A stretch of DNA of 47,576 bases from Candidatus Saccharimonadales bacterium (GTDB lineage Bacteria > Patescibacteriota > Saccharimonadia > Saccharimonadales > JANWIN01), in the NCBI GenBank assembly GCA_025449905.1, contig JANWIN010000006.1:1-47576 (forward strand). Reading direction: 5' to 3'. Below, piece after piece: positions 1 through 9,960 of the stretch (the first letter of the stretch is position 1; every line of letters starts with the position of its first letter). The translations under genes were made by a program, and so were the position numbers. The notes beneath the pieces were generated by a model. That model was not told the origin of the DNA and searched no databases. It worked only from the letters and a program-made list of their open reading frames with translations.

Positions 1-1634
1 TGCCCGATTCCAAGTCCAAAAGGCGCAAAAGCCGTCACGCTAAATCTGTTGATGGCATAGTAGCACCCGAGGGCTTTCATGGACGAGGTAGTATAGATTT
101 TGATCACCCGGGCAAAGATGATAAAAACGCCGGCAGCCTTGATGATTTTAAGCGTTCAGAAGGTTTCCACTCGGCCTACCAACCACTAATTGATCAGCAG
201 GCAGGCGAGATTTTAGTTGAGCTACCGGACAAGCATGCATCTAAAAAATCCAAAAAACCAAAGCGCTCACTGTTTAGCCGCATACCTGTTATTGGCCGTT
301 TGAGTCGTAGTAGCAGGGGTAAAGCTCCCTGGTCACGGCGACGAAAAATTGTCTTCAGCCTAGCTAGCTTCATTTTCTTGGTTGGTATCTTTTTTGCGCT
401 TAAGATTTACTTTAATGCCAACAAAATCTTTAGCGGCGGCGGCGCGGCGCCAGGACTTAGCCAATGCCAAGACATGAGTCAATTGAACCGTGAAGGTGAT
501 TGCCGCATTAATGTTTTAATCTTGGGCATTGGTGGACCAGGCCATGAAGCGCCAAATTTAACAGATACAATTATGCTAGCTAGCATCGACCCAATAAATA
601 ACAAAGTCGACCTACTAAGCTTGCCACGCGATTTATGGGTTCAAATAGGTGGTTACGGTTATCACAAAATTAACGAGGCTTATTTTTACGGCAAGGAATA
701 CTCCAAGGCCAAGAATGAATCCGGCAAGAAACGCGACGGCCTGAAGATGGTAGACCAAACAATTAGCCCAATATTGGGCGTGCCAATTCATTTTCACATT
801 TTAGTTAACTTTCCAGCCTTTAAATCAGCGGTTGATGCTGTAGGCGGTGTAACCGTTAACGTACCAAAGCAACTTTACGACCCGTCAGTCGCTTGGGAGA
901 ATAATTACAATCCGATAATTGCCAAAAAAGGCGAGCAAAAGTTTAACGGTTCGCAGGCTCTTCTTTATGCCAAATCACGTCAATCTGACAGCGATTTTGC
1001 CCGCAGTGAGCGGCAACGACTAATACTGGTTGCCTTAAAAGATAAAGTCTTATCACTTGGTACCTTTGCCAACCCAATAAAAGTCTCCAACCTGTTGTCT
1101 TCGCTGGGCAATAATATCTTTACTGATTTTTCACTGCAAGACTCCGGTAAAATGTATGACTTAATTTCTAAGGTGGACAGTAAGCAAATTAAGTCACTTG
1201 ACCTGTTAACGCCGCCGCACGACCTGTTAACCACGGCAGCTTTAGATGGACTATCAATAGTTGAACCCAAGGCCGGCCTGTTTAACTACGGTGCTATCCA
1301 AGCTTATGTTCATAAGGCTCTGCGTGATGGCTGGCTGGCCAAAGAAAACGCCACGGTGGCTATATATAACGGCACCTCAACTGCCGGTCTGGCTGCTAAC
1401 AAAGCCGCCGAGCTTAAATCATACGGCTACAATGTTATAAAGGTCAGTAACGCTACCCGCACGCCAGACTTAGCCCAAACAATCCTAGTTGATCTGTCTA
1501 AAAAAGACACCGAGTACACCAAACATTACCTGGAACTAAGATTAAAAACCAAAGCTACCGGTGATCTGCCTAAAGACTCGGGCATTACGCCGCCGGAAGG
1601 CACTGATTTTGTTATAATACTAGGTAAGAAATGA
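1..1634 (+). CDS. LytR-CpsA-Psr (LCP) family cell-envelope phosphotransferase, 5' partial. The frame is open from the window edge, and the TTG at 300 is only the ORF-track start.
   Basis: Frame 3 has no stop from nt 3 to 1634. It encodes a basic N-terminal region, one TM helix, then an LCP-like core (NVLILGIGG, DTIMLASIDP, LSLPRDLWV). Confidence 0.8.
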   Translation, partial: PDSKSKRRKSRHAKSVDGIVAPEGFHGRGSIDFDHPGKDDKNAGSLDDFKRSEGFHSAYQPLIDQQAGEILVELPDKHASKKSKKPKRSLFSRIPVIGRLSRSSRGKAPWSRRRKIVFSLASFIFLVGIFFALKIYFNANKIFSGGGAAPGLSQCQDMSQLNREGDCRINVLILGIGGPGHEAPNLTDTIMLASIDPINNKVDLLSLPRDLWVQIGGYGYHKINEAYFYGKEYSKAKNESGKKRDGLKMVDQTISPILGVPIHFHILVNFPAFKSAVDAVGGVTVNVPKQLYDPSVAWENNYNPIIAKKGEQKFNGSQALLYAKSRQSDSDFARSERQRLILVALKDKVLSLGTFANPIKVSNLLSSLGNNIFTDFSLQDSGKMYDLISKVDSKQIKSLDLLTPPHDLLTTAALDGLSIVEPKAGLFNYGAIQAYVHKALRDGWLAKENATVAIYNGTSTAGLAANKAAELKSYGYNVIKVSNATRTPDLAQTILVDLSKKDTEYTKHYLELRLKTKATGDLPKDSGITPPEGTDFVIILGKK

Positions 1635-2380
1635 AAAAACTGGCAGCCAAGATAAAGCCAACTAGTGGTTTTGCGAATCTGTTCCATATCGGTCTTAGTA
1701 TACTCTTGCCGATTTTGGTGTTTATATTAGTTCGCATAAATTTGGTTGAGGTAGCAGCTGTCGTAATTCTGTTGGCTAAATGGCGAATGTTCGCCGTAAA
1801 ACCCAGGCATTGGCCGGCAAACATCAGAGCTAACTCGATTGACATCATTGTCGGCTTATCAATTTTGGTATTTATGAGTCATACAGATTCTCAGACGATT
1901 CAATTAATTTGGACACTGATATATGCCGGCTGGCTGGTGATTTTGAAGCCTCAAACCAGCACTTTGGCAGTTGCCAGTCAGGCTTTAGTTGGCCAAATCG
2001 TCGGGCTATCGGCGATATTTTTAAACTGGGGAGATGATCCACTTTATTTATTGGTAATCGGTAGTTGGGCCGTCTGTTACTGTGCGGCCCGGCACTTCTT
2101 TACCAGTTTTGATGAACCCTTAACTAGTTTTTTGTCACATATTTGGGGCTATTTTGCTGCTGCACTGGTTTGGGTTCTGGGTCATTGGCTGTTATTTTAT
2201 GGCGAGATTGCGCAGCCAACCTTACTGCTGTCAATTATCGGTTTTGCCTTGGCTAGTCTGTATTATCTGGAAAAAACCGATCGCTTGTCAGTACTAATGA
2301 GACGGCAAATAATCTTTATTTTAGTAGCTGTAATAGTTGTGGTGCTGGCTTTTTCTGACTGGGGTGATAAAGCAATTTGA
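1631..2380 (+). CDS. Polytopic integral membrane protein of unknown function
   Basis: 249 aa ORF with about 6-7 hydrophobic helices. Its ATGA overlap with the LCP stop suggests translational coupling. Confidence 0.6.
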   Translation: MKKLAAKIKPTSGFANLFHIGLSILLPILVFILVRINLVEVAAVVILLAKWRMFAVKPRHWPANIRANSIDIIVGLSILVFMSHTDSQTIQLIWTLIYAGWLVILKPQTSTLAVASQALVGQIVGLSAIFLNWGDDPLYLLVIGSWAVCYCAARHFFTSFDEPLTSFLSHIWGYFAAALVWVLGHWLLFYGEIAQPTLLLSIIGFALASLYYLEKTDRLSVLMRRQIIFILVAVIVVVLAFSDWGDKAI

Positions 2381-2438
2381 CGACTTGGCTTAGCGGCAGT
2401 TACTTGAGCTATAATGGTTAAGCGCTTAAGGAGGGTAA

Positions 2439-3605
2439 ATGGCAGTTAATAATGTTTCAAATAGTGATAAACCAAAGCTTTTAATAGTAGTATTTTTGAT
2501 TTTTATTAGTGCCACGGCCGGTTTTTTTGGTGGTTGGTTAGGTACTAAAAACAAGGATTTCTTGTCGGATACCAGCTCAACTAGGCAGATCGTCGCCAAC
2601 GAGAGTCAGCTTATAAACAAAATTGCCGAAGACGTCGGGCCTAGTGTTGTTTCCATTCAAGCCACCCAAAATACGGCCGTAAACAGTATTTTTGGCGTCC
2701 AACACTTAAGTCAAAAAAGCGCAGGCACCGGTTTTATTATCGACTCCAGTGGAATCATTGTTACTAATCGCCATGTCGTGCCCGCTGGTGTCACCAAAGT
2801 ATTGGTAATCTTATCTGACGACACAGTACTAGATGATGTCAGTGTTATAGGCCGTACCGCTTCTGACGACCCACTGGATATAGCCTTCTTGAAGGTCAAC
2901 AATAAAAAGGGTCACTTTTTAAAGCCGGTTAAACTCGGTGATTCCAGTAAAATGGAAGTCGGTTTTGCGGTAGTCGCCATTGGCAATGCTCTTGGCCAGC
3001 TTCAAAATAGCGTAACTAGCGGTATAATTTCGGGCTTTGGGCGAAGTGTTCAGGCCGGTGATGAATCAGCCTCCAGCGTTGAAAATTTACAGAATCTTTT
3101 TCAGACTGACGCCGCTATTAACAGGGGTAATTCTGGCGGCCCGCTGGTTAATATCAACGGCGAAGTCATTGGTATAAATACAGCTACGGCCGGTGGAAAT
3201 GCCCAAGATATAGGTTTTGCCATTCCCACGAACGACGTTGGCGGGATAATAAAAAGCGTTCTGCAAAGTGGCAAGCTACAGCGACCTTATCTAGGTGTGC
3301 GCTACATAATGCTAAATGACGGCTTAGCCGCGCAATATAAGCTGGATACTAAGCACGGAGCATATGTTATTCCCACTGGTCGCGGACAAACGCCTTCAAT
3401 AATTAGTAACAGTCCAGCTGACAAAGCGGGCTTGCGCGACGGGGACATAATAACCAAAGTAAATGGCATAGAACTTAGCGAGCGCAATGTTCTATCTTCA
3501 GAGGTTGGCCGCTATCAGGTTGGAGATAAACTCAAGCTAACTGTAAATCGTAACGGCCAGGTGAAGACAGTCAGCGTTACTTTGGATACTTTACCGGCTA
3601 GTTAG
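2439..3605 (+). CDS. htrA: HtrA/DegP-family (S1C) serine protease with a C-terminal PDZ domain
   Basis: N-terminal TM anchor and a catalytic triad context (TNRHVV, DIAFLKV, GNSGGPL). The tail is PDZ-like. TATAAT lies at 2410-2415 and an AAGGAGGG Shine-Dalgarno at 2428-2435. Confidence 0.85.
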   Translation: MAVNNVSNSDKPKLLIVVFLIFISATAGFFGGWLGTKNKDFLSDTSSTRQIVANESQLINKIAEDVGPSVVSIQATQNTAVNSIFGVQHLSQKSAGTGFIIDSSGIIVTNRHVVPAGVTKVLVILSDDTVLDDVSVIGRTASDDPLDIAFLKVNNKKGHFLKPVKLGDSSKMEVGFAVVAIGNALGQLQNSVTSGIISGFGRSVQAGDESASSVENLQNLFQTDAAINRGNSGGPLVNINGEVIGINTATAGGNAQDIGFAIPTNDVGGIIKSVLQSGKLQRPYLGVRYIMLNDGLAAQYKLDTKHGAYVIPTGRGQTPSIISNSPADKAGLRDGDIITKVNGIELSERNVLSSEVGRYQVGDKLKLTVNRNGQVKTVSVTLDTLPAS

Positions 3606-4404
3606 ATGAAAATAGCTGAATAAAATCATCAGTTTTGTTTAATTTGAAGCCAGCCTGTTTAGCGGTTTGAGCTAACTTTGAGTGCTGAGTTGGTAGGGAT
3701 TCGGTCAAAATAAATTTTGGAGGAGACTTTGAGTTATTTAATTGCTCAAAAAGTCGTCGATAAATATCCAGTCCGTCTGGACCGCCAAAAATTGCCAGTT
3801 TTGGTTCGTTTTTGGCTGCCTCATTTAACTTAAACTCATCTGGAACGTAAGGCAAGTTAGCTAAAATAACATCCACTTTTTTGTTTAAGCTTATAAACAA
3901 GTCAGTTTTTATAAATTTAATACTCGCCCCATGTTTTTTGGCATTTTGGCGGGCTACTGCCAGACATTTTTCGTCAATATCACTAGCTAAAACTTCAAAT
4001 TTTGATCGCTCTAATTTGGCCGTAATCGCCAAAGCACCGGAGCCCGTGCCAATATCTAAAATCACTGAACTGGGGGGTAGCTTTAGCTCTTTAAAAAACT
4101 CAATCATAGCTTCTGATTCTGGCCTCGGCTCTAAAACATGTTTATTTATTATAAATTCGCGACCGTAAAACTCGGTTTTACCGCGTATGTAAGACAATGG
4201 CTGATGGTCTAAACGCTTTATTAACTGCGTATTTAGGACTTTGAGATTGGCAATTGATAATTTTGTCTCTGGATGTGCTATAAGGTTGGCCCTATCAATT
4301 CTTAAAACATCTTCCAGCAGCACTAAACAATCCAACCTTGCAGTTGGAATGCCTATTTTCTCCAGTTTATAGACGGAAACTTCTAGCCAATCTTTAAGAT
4401 TCAT
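3598..4404 (-). CDS. prmC: Release-factor glutamine N5-methyltransferase (PrmC/HemK)
   Basis: SAM motif DIGTGSGA; motif IV reads NLPY instead of NPPY. It overlaps prfA by 11 nt (operon) and converges on htrA with an 8-nt overlap. Confidence 0.85.
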   Translation of the reverse strand: MNLKDWLEVSVYKLEKIGIPTARLDCLVLLEDVLRIDRANLIAHPETKLSIANLKVLNTQLIKRLDHQPLSYIRGKTEFYGREFIINKHVLEPRPESEAMIEFFKELKLPPSSVILDIGTGSGALAITAKLERSKFEVLASDIDEKCLAVARQNAKKHGASIKFIKTDLFISLNKKVDVILANLPYVPDEFKLNEAAKNEPKLAIFGGPDGLDIYRRLFEQLNNSKSPPKFILTESLPTQHSKLAQTAKQAGFKLNKTDDFIQLFSSN

Positions 4405-5449
4405 TGCTGAGTAATTGGTGCTCGTAGGCTAGAAGCTTTTCGATTAAGTCATCAATATTACCATCAAGTGCACCCGGTAGATTACTGCGTGAGTAGCCAA
4501 TGCGGTGGTCGGTAATTCGATCTTGGGGGAAGTTATAAGTGCGAATTTTCTCACTGCGATCACCGCTGCCAATCAGTTTTTTGCGGGCATCAGACAGTTC
4601 CTTTTGCTCCTCGTCTATTTTCATTTGCAGCAGTCTTGAGCGCAGGATACCCATAGCCTTGGCTCTGTTTTTTATCTGCGATTTTTCGTCTTGGTTGGAA
4701 ACCACAATTCCGGTTGGCAGGTGAGTAATGCGCACTGCCGAGTCGGTAGTATTAACACTCTGGCCGCCGTGGCCGCTAGAGCGATAAACATCGATTCTCA
4801 AATCTGAGTCTTTGACTTCGACATCAGTTTCTTCGGCCTCCGGCATGACAGCAACGGTAACTGTTGAAGTATGAATTCGTCCGCTTGATTCGGTGACCGG
4901 AATTCGCTGAACGCGGTGTACACCGGCCTCGAATTTTAGATGTCTATAAGATCCTTCGCCGCGAATAGCAAAAATAACTTCTTTAAAACCGCCAGTCTCA
5001 GACGGACTTTGGCTCAGTAGTTCAACTTTATAACCATGAGTTTCACTATAACGGACATACATTCGGTAGAGGTCTCCGGCAAATAAACTGGCTTCGTCAC
5101 CGCCGGCTGCGGCGCGGATTTCAATAATTGCATCACGTTCATCATTAGCATCTTTAACAACTAGCTTTTCTTGAAGTTTTTGATCAATATCAGCTAGTTT
5201 AGTGTTATTTTCTTGTAATTCCTGCTGAGCCAATTCGGCTAGATCTTTATCGGCGTCGCCTATTATTTTTTCGGCTTCATTTTTAGACTCTTCTACTTTT
5301 TTACGCTCATCAAACAGCGTTAATACATCTTCTAACTCACCAATTCTTTTAGCCACGCCTGGATATTCTTTAGTACTAAAAAAAGCCTGGTCTTTTAGTT
5401 TGGCCTGGAGTTCTTTATGTTCAGCTCGTAGTTCGTCTTCTTTATTCAT
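4394..5449 (-). CDS. prfA: Peptide chain release factor 1
   Basis: GGQ motif (SGHGGQSVNTTDSAVRITHLPTG) and an RF1-type PVT tripeptide (RIPVTES). Confidence 0.95.
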   Translation of the reverse strand: MNKEDELRAEHKELQAKLKDQAFFSTKEYPGVAKRIGELEDVLTLFDERKKVEESKNEAEKIIGDADKDLAELAQQELQENNTKLADIDQKLQEKLVVKDANDERDAIIEIRAAAGGDEASLFAGDLYRMYVRYSETHGYKVELLSQSPSETGGFKEVIFAIRGEGSYRHLKFEAGVHRVQRIPVTESSGRIHTSTVTVAVMPEAEETDVEVKDSDLRIDVYRSSGHGGQSVNTTDSAVRITHLPTGIVVSNQDEKSQIKNRAKAMGILRSRLLQMKIDEEQKELSDARKKLIGSGDRSEKIRTYNFPQDRITDHRIGYSRSNLPGALDGNIDDLIEKLLAYEHQLLSNES

Positions 5450-5504
5450 AGTAAATAAAACCGCTTACTTTATAGTTTATAGCGGTTTTGTTAAATCTTC
5501 CTAG

Positions 5505-5867
5505 TTATTGTTCGCTAGCAGGGGCAGCAGCAGCTTTAGCAGCGGCTTTTTTCTCGGTTTGCTTAATTTTACGGGTAGTTTTTTTAACGGCTGCGGCTTT
5601 GCGGGCATCTTTAGCTTTAGCGGCGGCGTCAGCGCGAGCTTTAAAACGGTCGACGCGGCCCTCAACATCAACTAATTTCTCTTGGCCGGTGAAAAATGGG
5701 TGCGAAGCACTGGAAATATGAACTTTTATAAGCGGATATTCATTGCCGTCCTCCCATTTGACAGTTTCTTCGCTGTCAGCAGTGGAACGCGTCAAAAAAG
5801 AGAACCCGTTGTTTAGGTCCTGAAAGACCACCGGACGATAATTAGTGGGGTGTATACCTTTCTTCAT
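5505..5867 (-). CDS. rpmE2: 50S ribosomal protein L31, type B (no Cys), with an Ala/Lys-rich C-terminal extension
   Basis: [17 protein letters not shown]...HPFFTG...GRVDRF matches L31 type B. ATG at 5867 is preferred over the TTG at 5873. The tail is about 40 aa of A/K-rich sequence. Confidence 0.9.
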   Translation of the reverse strand: MKKGIHPTNYRPVVFQDLNNGFSFLTRSTADSEETVKWEDGNEYPLIKVHISSASHPFFTGQEKLVDVEGRVDRFKARADAAAKAKDARKAAAVKKTTRKIKQTEKKAAAKAAAAPASEQ

Positions 5868-6025
5868 AGTCAAACTAGTATACCTTTACGCTTAATAGTT
5901 GTAAAGACGCGCCGTATCTGTTAAGCTGGTCTTACGTTAAATTAAACAGGGGAGTTTAAATCCTTCCTGGGCACGTCCGTGCAGGACTGCAGCAGGCAAT
6001 ACTCTACCGAAGATGAAAGGATTTC

Positions 6026-6859
6026 ATGGCTACCAAAGAGGTAGACCCCGTAGTAAATAAGTTGCCACAGGCGACTGCCGCCCCAACGAAGTCGAAACGG
6101 ATTTCTGAAGGGGTAGATATTAAAGAGCTTTTAGAGTCTGGCGCTCATTTTGGGCATAAAACTAGCCGTTGGCACCCTAAAATGTCACCCTATATTCATT
6201 CAAAGCGCAGCGGCGCGCATATTATTGACCTGACTAAAACTGTTATTGCTCTAGAAGATGCCTTAACTTTTTTGGCTAAAACTGCCTCTGAAGGCAAGCA
6301 AATTCTGCTAGTTGGCACCAAGCGCCAAGCTAAAGAAATTATTAAACAGATGGCCGACGAAACCGGCATGCCGTACGTTACCGAACGCTGGATTGGAGGT
6401 ATGTTAACTAATCAAAAAACTATTGGCGGCCGAATAAAGTACCTAAAAGACTTAGAAACCAAATTAGAATCTGGCCAGCTGGCGACCAAGTATAACAAGC
6501 TAGAAGTCCAGCGTTTTCAAGAAGAAATCGATGGCATGAATGTACTTTATGGCGGCATTAAAGATATGGCTGCCCGTGTCGGCGCGGTTTTTATTGTCGA
6601 TGTCATTCACGAGTCCAATGCTGTTAAAGAAGCCCGTAAACTAGGCATAAAAACAGCGGCCATTGTAGATACCAACGCCGATCCGACACTTATTGATTAT
6701 CCGATTCCAGCCAATGATGACGCTACCAAGACTATTCAGTTAATTGCGGGTTACGTTAAACAGGCAATTCTAGCCGGCAAAGCCAAGCAAAAGACCGAAG
6801 AGAAACATAAAGGCAAAACCAAGAAGTCAGAAGCTAAAAAAGAGGAAGAAGAGGAATAA
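6026..6859 (+). CDS. rpsB: 30S ribosomal protein S2 with N-terminal extension and a K/E-rich tail
   Basis: GAHFGHKTSRWHPKM and TERWIGGMLTN signatures. It is preceded by a leader of about 150 nt. Confidence 0.95.
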   Translation: MATKEVDPVVNKLPQATAAPTKSKRISEGVDIKELLESGAHFGHKTSRWHPKMSPYIHSKRSGAHIIDLTKTVIALEDALTFLAKTASEGKQILLVGTKRQAKEIIKQMADETGMPYVTERWIGGMLTNQKTIGGRIKYLKDLETKLESGQLATKYNKLEVQRFQEEIDGMNVLYGGIKDMAARVGAVFIVDVIHESNAVKEARKLGIKTAAIVDTNADPTLIDYPIPANDDATKTIQLIAGYVKQAILAGKAKQKTEEKHKGKTKKSEAKKEEEEE

Positions 6860-6860
6860 G

Positions 6861-7325
6861 ATGGCTGATGTTCCAGTTGAAGATATTAAAAAGCTGCGTG
6901 AATTAACAGGGGTAGGTATTACCGATGCCAAGAAAGCGCTGGTTGAGTCGGCGGGTGATTTTGACAAAGCCCTAGCTGCAATGCGCAAAAAAGGCTTAAC
7001 CAAAGCCGAAAAGCGGAGTGAGCGCGAAGCCCGAGCAGGTTTGATTGGTACATATAGCCATGACGGACGTATAGGTGTGCTGGTAGAAGTTAACTGCGAG
7101 ACTGATTTTGTTGCTAAAACCGATGAATTTAAGGAGTTAGTCAAGGATTTAACACTACACATTACTTCAATGGAGCCTAAAGATGAAAAAGATTTACTAG
7201 AACAGCCGTTTGTTAAAAATCCAGACCAAACAGTAGGCGATTATGTCAAAGAACACATTGCTAAATTGGGTGAAAACATAGTTGTTAGGCGTTTCAATAG
7301 AATGGCTTTAGGTGAGGTGGAGTAG
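6861..7325 (+). CDS. tsf: Elongation factor Ts, minimal 154-aa form
   Basis: UBA-like N-terminus (IKKLRELTGVGITDAKKAL), then LVEVNCETDFVAKT and LGENIVVRRF. The central coiled-coil segment of longer EF-Ts proteins is absent. Confidence 0.9.
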   Translation: MADVPVEDIKKLRELTGVGITDAKKALVESAGDFDKALAAMRKKGLTKAEKRSEREARAGLIGTYSHDGRIGVLVEVNCETDFVAKTDEFKELVKDLTLHITSMEPKDEKDLLEQPFVKNPDQTVGDYVKEHIAKLGENIVVRRFNRMALGEVE

Positions 7326-7889
7326 ATGGACTCGAACACAATATTTACTCAATTTAAAAAGCAGCTAACAGATACGAAGAGCCATTTTCAAGAAGAATTA
7401 AAGAAGCTTCGCACTGGGCGGGCTCATCCTGGGATGCTTGATGGCGTGGTCGTGGAAGCCTACGGCACCAAAATGCCGCTAATACAAGTTGGTAGTATCT
7501 CTACACCCGAACCACAGCTGCTACAAATTACACCATTTGACCCAAATAATCTACAGGCTGTTGCGGCTGCCATTCGCGATAATAAGTCTTTGGGCCTCAA
7601 TCCGGCCGATGACGGCCACGTTATCAGGATTCAAATTCCGCCATTAAACGAAGAAAGACGGCGTGAGTTTGCCAAAATCTTAGGGACTAAAGTTGAAGAT
7701 AGTATGGTGCGGATGCGAAATGCTCGACACGAAGGCCTAAAGCAGGCTGAACAGGCTAAAAAAGACCGCAAAATCAGTGAAAACGACTACGATCGACTGG
7801 AAAAACAGATAGACGAAGCTATGGCTAAGCAAAAAAGTGAAATCGATGGGCTGGCCAAGACCAAAGAGCAAGAAATATTAACCGTTTAA
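7326..7889 (+). CDS. frr: Ribosome recycling factor
   Basis: Typical RRF sequence (LRTGRAHPGMLD, ITPFD, IRIQIPPLNEERR). The start abuts the tsf stop. Confidence 0.95.
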   Translation: MDSNTIFTQFKKQLTDTKSHFQEELKKLRTGRAHPGMLDGVVVEAYGTKMPLIQVGSISTPEPQLLQITPFDPNNLQAVAAAIRDNKSLGLNPADDGHVIRIQIPPLNEERRREFAKILGTKVEDSMVRMRNARHEGLKQAEQAKKDRKISENDYDRLEKQIDEAMAKQKSEIDGLAKTKEQEILTV

Positions 7890-7906
7890 GGGTTATACTT
7901 TAAAGC

Positions 7907-9106
7907 ATGACGGTTTTACTACTAATTTTGGGGATATTGTTGATTGAAGCCTTGGTGGTTCTTCATGAATTTGGCCATTATATAGCCGCTAAAAGAAATG
8001 GAATTGTCGCCGAAGAGTTCGCCATTGGCTTTCCTCCAAAAATATGGAGCCGAAAGATGAAAAATGGCACAGTTTTTTGTCTTAATATGCTGCCACTAGG
8101 TGGCTACGTAAAGCTAAAAGGTGAAAATGACTCAGCTAAAGGCAAGGGTAGTTTTGGGGAAGCTCCACTGAAGGCCAAAGTCAAGGTAATGAGCGCTGGT
8201 GTGGGTATGAACTTGCTGGTGGCCTTTGTTTTACTGACAGCCCTCGCTTTAATGGGCATGCCAAAAATAATAGACAATCAATTTAGCCTCAAAAGTGATG
8301 CTAAAACCATTAAAGATCAGGTTCTAATAGGCGATATTGAAGCAGGCTCACCGGCTGAAAAAGCCGGTCTTAAAAAACAAGACCAAATCATATCATTCCA
8401 AGGTGTAGATAAAGGCAAAGTTTATTGCTTGGCCCTAAATTGCTCTAGTACCGCCACTATTAATATTACCAACAAGAGCCAATTGCCGGCTACCACTAAA
8501 GGTTTTGCCAACCAAAATGCTCAGCTTCAATATAAGAGGGGAAGTGAAATTAAAACAGCTGAAATAAAACTGAGAAGTGAAAGTGAAGTAACAACCTATA
8601 ACAAAGAACATCACTGCACTGATAAGCATTACCAGGATAGCGAAAGATCCTGCAAAGGTTATCTAGGCATCACACCGCTTCAATATACCGTTCAACGCTC
8701 AACCTGGTCAGCGCCAATTGTGGCTATTGGTGTCATGAAACAAATAACTTTTGAGACTTTCAAGGGGCTAGGTACAGCGCTGGGCAATTTATTTAAAGGC
8801 AATACTAAAAAGGCAAGTGCTCAAGTAGCTGGTCCGGTTGGGATATTCGTGCTTCTAAAGGATGGCAGTCTGCTTGGCATCCAAGTGATCTTATTTATTG
8901 TGGCGATTATTTCGCTGGCACTAGCCATTATGAACGTTCTGCCAATTCCGGCATTGGACGGCGGGCGGTTGTTTGTAACGTTATTCTTCCATAGTATTAA
9001 AAAACCACTGACTAAGCGCGCCGAAAACTTGATTCACGGTACCGGTTTTGCACTGTTGATGTTGTTGTTTATCGCTATAACAATTGTTGATATTGGGCGG
9101 TTGTAG
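7907..9106 (+). CDS. rseP: RseP-like site-2 (M50) zinc metalloprotease with a PDZ domain
   Basis: HEFGHY zinc motif in TM1, a PDZ segment (GSPAEKAGLKKQD), and a C-terminal NVLPIPALDGG motif. Confidence 0.85.
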   Translation: MTVLLLILGILLIEALVVLHEFGHYIAAKRNGIVAEEFAIGFPPKIWSRKMKNGTVFCLNMLPLGGYVKLKGENDSAKGKGSFGEAPLKAKVKVMSAGVGMNLLVAFVLLTALALMGMPKIIDNQFSLKSDAKTIKDQVLIGDIEAGSPAEKAGLKKQDQIISFQGVDKGKVYCLALNCSSTATINITNKSQLPATTKGFANQNAQLQYKRGSEIKTAEIKLRSESEVTTYNKEHHCTDKHYQDSERSCKGYLGITPLQYTVQRSTWSAPIVAIGVMKQITFETFKGLGTALGNLFKGNTKKASAQVAGPVGIFVLLKDGSLLGIQVILFIVAIISLALAIMNVLPIPALDGGRLFVTLFFHSIKKPLTKRAENLIHGTGFALLMLLFIAITIVDIGRL

Positions 9107-9922
9107 GTGATTAGCGTCTATCTGCCAATTTATATACTGGCGCTTTATGGGCTAGTCCGACTTTTTAGTCGGGTAAATGCTGAAAAGAAAAACAAGGTTA
9201 ATTGGGATGCTTTGGAATCTGTAGCCATAACTCTGACGCTATATTTTGGCTCGCAGCTGATTGCCGCTCTGGTCTTTTTTGTCTTTACCGGCCTGCACAA
9301 TGTCGGTAGCAGCACCCAGTACTGGCTGGAACATTCAGTAAGTGCTCAGTTTGTCTTTGTTTTAATCGTTGAATTTTTGGTTCTGTGGGGTCTTAGGAGC
9401 TTTCTAAGGCGGCGCAAGGCCAGTTTTAGAACTATCGGCTTTATAAATCCCCGCTGGAGGGATATTGGTTGGACGCTGATTGGTTTTGGTATGTATTTTG
9501 TGCTATTTGTCGGTGTTTCACTACTAGCTAAAGCCCTAGTTCCTTCTCTTAACGTTGATCAAAACCAAGAAATCGGCTTTGATACGGCCCAAGGAGCCAG
9601 TTTAGCACTGGTTTTTATAAGTTTAGTGGTCTTACCGCCTATAGTTGAAGAAATTTTAATGCGCGGTTTTTTATACAGCGGGCTTAAAAAACAATTGCCC
9701 AAAATTTGGGCAGTTATTATTACCAGCCTGCTTTTTGCCTTAGCCCACTTGCAGGCAGGCAATGATAAGCCGCTGCTGTGGATTGCGGCTATTGATACTT
9801 TTTGTTTGTCTTTAGTACTAATTTATTTGCGCGAAAAAACCGGTGGTCTATGGGCCTCAATCGGCTTGCATACTTTAAAGAATTTCATCGCCTTTTTAGC
9901 CCTTTTTATTTTCGTACATTAG
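9107..9922 (+). CDS. CPBP (CAAX-type) intramembrane glutamic endopeptidase
   Basis: EEILMRGFLY and FALAH motifs in a multi-TM protein. GTG start immediately after the rseP stop. Confidence 0.8.
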   Translation: MISVYLPIYILALYGLVRLFSRVNAEKKNKVNWDALESVAITLTLYFGSQLIAALVFFVFTGLHNVGSSTQYWLEHSVSAQFVFVLIVEFLVLWGLRSFLRRRKASFRTIGFINPRWRDIGWTLIGFGMYFVLFVGVSLLAKALVPSLNVDQNQEIGFDTAQGASLALVFISLVVLPPIVEEILMRGFLYSGLKKQLPKIWAVIITSLLFALAHLQAGNDKPLLWIAAIDTFCLSLVLIYLREKTGGLWASIGLHTLKNFIAFLALFIFVH

Positions 9923-9925
9923 ATA

Positions 9926-9954
9926 TTGCTTTTATAACAGGAATATGATATAAT
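9926..9954 (+). promoter_or_regulatory. Sigma70-like promoter: TTGCTT, 17 nt, TGaTATAAT. It ends 6 nt before the ATG at 9961.
   Basis: Hexamers read directly: -35 at 9926-9931, extended -10 at 9946-9954. Confidence 0.55.
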
Positions 9955-9960
9955 CTATAT

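Noticed and set aside
5488-5721. A 77-aa Ala-rich + strand ORF opposite the L31 tail. The 31290-31496 ORF opposite rpmA is similar.
   Set aside because: These are antisense shadows of ribosomal protein genes.
6827-7162. A 111-aa minus-strand ORF antisense to the rpsB end and tsf.
   Set aside because: It is a shadow of well-supported ribosomal and translation-factor genes.
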